A DNA stretch of 62,690 bases, the filler included, from Actinomycetota bacterium (lineage in GTDB: Bacteria > Actinomycetota > CADDZG01 > JAHWKV01 > JAOPZY01), in assembly GCA_025963875.1 (NCBI GenBank). It is 5 parts of 5 records of this genome, joined end to end, with 100 filler letters (N's around TTAATTAATTAA, not from the genome) between each part and the next. Parts side by side here need not be neighbours in the genome. Positions count along the whole stretch, not along the records: positions 49,459 to 62,690 come from JAOPZY010000166.1; 4 more parts are not named here. One strand, given 5' to 3'. The notes below the pieces were generated by a model that worked only from the letters and a program-made list of their open reading frames with translations, was not told the DNA's origin and made no database searches. The translations under genes were made by a program, and so were the position numbers. This document shows positions 60,164 to 62,690 of this stretch, one piece after another; the first letter of the stretch is position 1; the number at the start of each line of letters is the position of its first letter.

Positions 60164-60362
60164 CGAAATGGAACTCGCAAACCGCATTGGGCCGAACAAA
60201 GGAGCAACGCACGCGCCCAAGCGATTGGTGTCCGATGCCCCGCCACAGGCGCTCGTTGGTGCTCCCATTCCTTGCGACGGTGACGGCGCTTGTCGGTGCG
60301 GCTTGCAGCAACACCACCCGCCCCGTCCGCGAGGGGTCCTCGCGGTTCCTGAGAGGATCAAA

Positions 60363-60983
60363 ATGACCAGCGAACCGATCCGAGACCCTGTCACCGACGA
60401 CCTGCTCACCCCGCAGAACGCGGCGCTTGTGGTCATCGACTACCAGCCAAGCCAGGTTGGGACGGTGAGATCGATCGACCATGAGCTGCTGGTGGACAAC
60501 ATCGTCTCCGTCGCCCGCCTCGCCCGGACGTTTGACCTCCCTGTGGTGTTGTCCACGATCAACGTCGCCAACGGTCAGGGGCCGACGATCCCTGAGCTTC
60601 GGGCGGTCCTCTCGGACAGCCCCGAGATCGACAGGACGGCCATCAACTCCTGGGAAGACGCCGAGTTCCGCCGCGCCGTCGAAGCGACCGGGCGCAAGAA
60701 GCTGATCATGACCGCGCTATGGACAGAGGTTTGCCTGGCCTACCCGTCGCTCGACGCGATGCGCGACGGGTTCGAGGTCTACCCCGTCGTCGACGCGGTC
60801 GGGGGGACCTCGCCAGAAGCGCACCGCGCTGGCCTCGCGAGGATCTTCCAGGCCGGAGCCCAACCGATCAGCTGGGTCTCGCTTGCGTGCGAGCTCCAAC
60901 GAGACTGGGCCCGCACCGAGACGGTCGCCGACGTCGTCGACATCGTGCTCACCACTCGCCTCCTCAAGACGGCAGCTGCCTGA
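60363..60983 (+). CDS. Isochorismatase/YcaC-like cysteine hydrolase
   Basis: IDYQP, INSWED and ALWTEVC. Confidence 0.9.
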   Translation: MTSEPIRDPVTDDLLTPQNAALVVIDYQPSQVGTVRSIDHELLVDNIVSVARLARTFDLPVVLSTINVANGQGPTIPELRAVLSDSPEIDRTAINSWEDAEFRRAVEATGRKKLIMTALWTEVCLAYPSLDAMRDGFEVYPVVDAVGGTSPEAHRAGLARIFQAGAQPISWVSLACELQRDWARTETVADVVDIVLTTRLLKTAAA

Positions 60984-61068
60984 CCGCCGGGGACGAAGCG
61001 AACTCGTGTCTGTACACCCACCACACCCACCGCCGCGCGGTGCGACGAGCGACAAGGGGGAACCTGCC

Positions 61069-62690
61069 ATGAGCTCACAACAATCAGGGATCGAAGCGGT
61101 CGGTGGTGCGCCACCCGTTGCCGACAGTGCCAGCAGCGACGCTCGCCTTGGCTCGCGCGACGAGTGCCCTGTTCTGCCGTGCCTGCCCCATACGGCACTC
61201 AACGCCGACCGCATTGACCCCGATGGGTCACCGGCCCCCGCGGCAGGCGACGCTGAGAACTCCCCGCGCCTGACCGCCGCGCTCATTGTCATCTCCGCGG
61301 CGCAGCTGATGGTCGTGCTCGACGCCACCATCGTCACCGTCGCGCTCCCGTCCATTCAGCGCGCCCTGCACTTCTCGCCGGCCAACCTCGAGTGGGTCAT
61401 CAGCGGCTACACGCTCGCCTTCGGCGGCCTGCTACTCCTCGGCGGACGTCTAGGCGACGTGCTCGGAAAGCGCAGGATGTTCGTCTTCGGGCTCGCCGTC
61501 TTCTCCCTTGGCTCACTGGCCGGCGGTCTCGCCACCACGTCGGGCTGGCTGATCGCCTCCCGAGCTGTGCAGGGCTTCGGCGGCGCCATCGCTGCGCCGA
61601 CCGCCCTGTCCCTCATCGGCGACACCTTCCCGGAGGGGCCGTCACGCACTCGGGCTATGGGGGTTTATGCAGCGATGTCCGGGGCCGGAGGCGCGCTCGG
61701 GTTACTACTCGGCGGGATCCTCACCGACATCGCCTCCTGGCGATGGGTGCTCTTCGTCAACGTCCCGATCGGGGCGGTCGTCGCGGTTACAGCGCCGCTA
61801 GTCCTCGGAAGGTCAGCACAGCGCGGCGGCAAACTCGACGTCCCTGGCGCCTTCGCCGCGACCGCGGGAACGACGGCCCTCGTCTACGGCCTCGTCCGGG
61901 CGCCCGTCCAGGGATGGGCGGACCCGGTAACGGGCTCGTCGTTTGCCGTGGCCGCAGTGCTGTTGCTCGCCTTCGTGACGATCGAGGCGCGGAGCGACCA
62001 CCCGATCCTGCCCTTCCGGCTCCTTGCCGACCGCAACCGGGCGGCCTCCTACTTGGTCATGCTGGGCCTCGCCGGATCCATCTTTGCGGTCTCCTTCTTC
62101 CTCACACAGCTGCTGCAGACCGTTTTCGGATACAGCCCTCTGAGGACAGGGTGCGCTATTCCTGCCCTTCTCTGTCGGGATCGTCGGGACATCGGAGGCA
62201 GTCGCCAAGCTCATCGGGCGAGTCCGGCCCCGAGTGTTCGCCACCGCCGGGCCGCTCCTTGCAGCGGTCGCTCTTCTGTGGTTGTCGCGCGTCCATCCGA
62301 CCAGCACCTACTTCGGCGCCGTACTCGGCCCACTCCTCCTCCTGTCGGTTGGGCTTGGGCTCGCCTTCGTCCCGCTCACTCTCGGCGCCACATCAGGAGT
62401 GCCGCCGGCCGACATGGGCATAGCCTCTGCGCTCTTCAACACCTCGCAGCAGGTCGGCGGAACGCTCGGGCTCGCCGTCCTCGTCACCGTGGCGACCGCG
62501 GCAACCCGACACGCCCTGAGGTCGGGGGCAGCGCGCCACCCGCTCGGCCAGCTGGCCAGGACGCTGGCGGTCAGCTCATCCGTTCACGGGTACAGCACAG
62601 CGTTCCTCGTCGGATCGTGCATCGCCTTCGCTGCCTTCCTCATTGCCCTGGCGGGATTCCGCCCGCGCCCGCCCGGCCGCCCAGTCGGCG
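61069..62690 (+). pseudogene. DHA2 (EmrB/QacA) MFS transporter with a +1 frameshift near 62150; runs off the window
   Basis: LMVVLDATIV and GGRLGDVLGKRR; after GYSPLRTG the transporter-like sequence FLPFSVG continues in the next frame. Confidence 0.75.

Overview
High-GC, Actinobacteria-like DNA (yajQ divergent from tRNA-Tyr, actinobacterial-type nuo and DUF5753 genes), probably from a draft genome or MAG. Five contigs are joined by artificial 100-nt N/TTAATTAATTAA spacers (13573-13672, 29971-30070, 44703-44802, 49359-49458), so adjacency across a spacer means nothing. Contig 1: Mn-SOD, molybdenum-cofactor genes (moeA, a fused moaD-moaE, an unusual MoaB/Mog-His linker-XdhC fusion), coxD/coxE, four uncharacterised small ORFs and a form I aerobic CO dehydrogenase (coxMSL, AYRCSFR motif) followed by xdhC/coxF. 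Contig 2: the end of one nuoN, then an 11-subunit complex I operon (nuoABCDHIJKLMN, no nuoEFG) whose NuoI has a duplicated C-terminal module. After it come a Zn-finger/matrixin protease, a nucleotidyltransferase, an M23 peptidase, yajQ and tRNA-Tyr. Contig 3: a LuxR regulator, a cupredoxin/DUF2330 pair, an island-like segment, an amino-sugar/polysaccharide operon and a priming glycosyltransferase. The island holds an XRE-DUF5753/DUF6879 module and the best candidate for a new system: a compact RiPP-like cluster with an unannotated 69-aa Thr/Ser/Cys precursor, a GNAT acyltransferase and a stand-alone LanM-type dehydratase without a cyclase. Contig 4: TetR, a PlsC acyltransferase, a LarA-like protein and a Zn alcohol dehydrogenase. 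Contig 5: accessory oxidoreductases, a hydrolase, an F420-dependent reductase, an ABC exporter, a frameshifted MFS and gene remnants. All assignments come from reading motifs by eye; no database searches were run.
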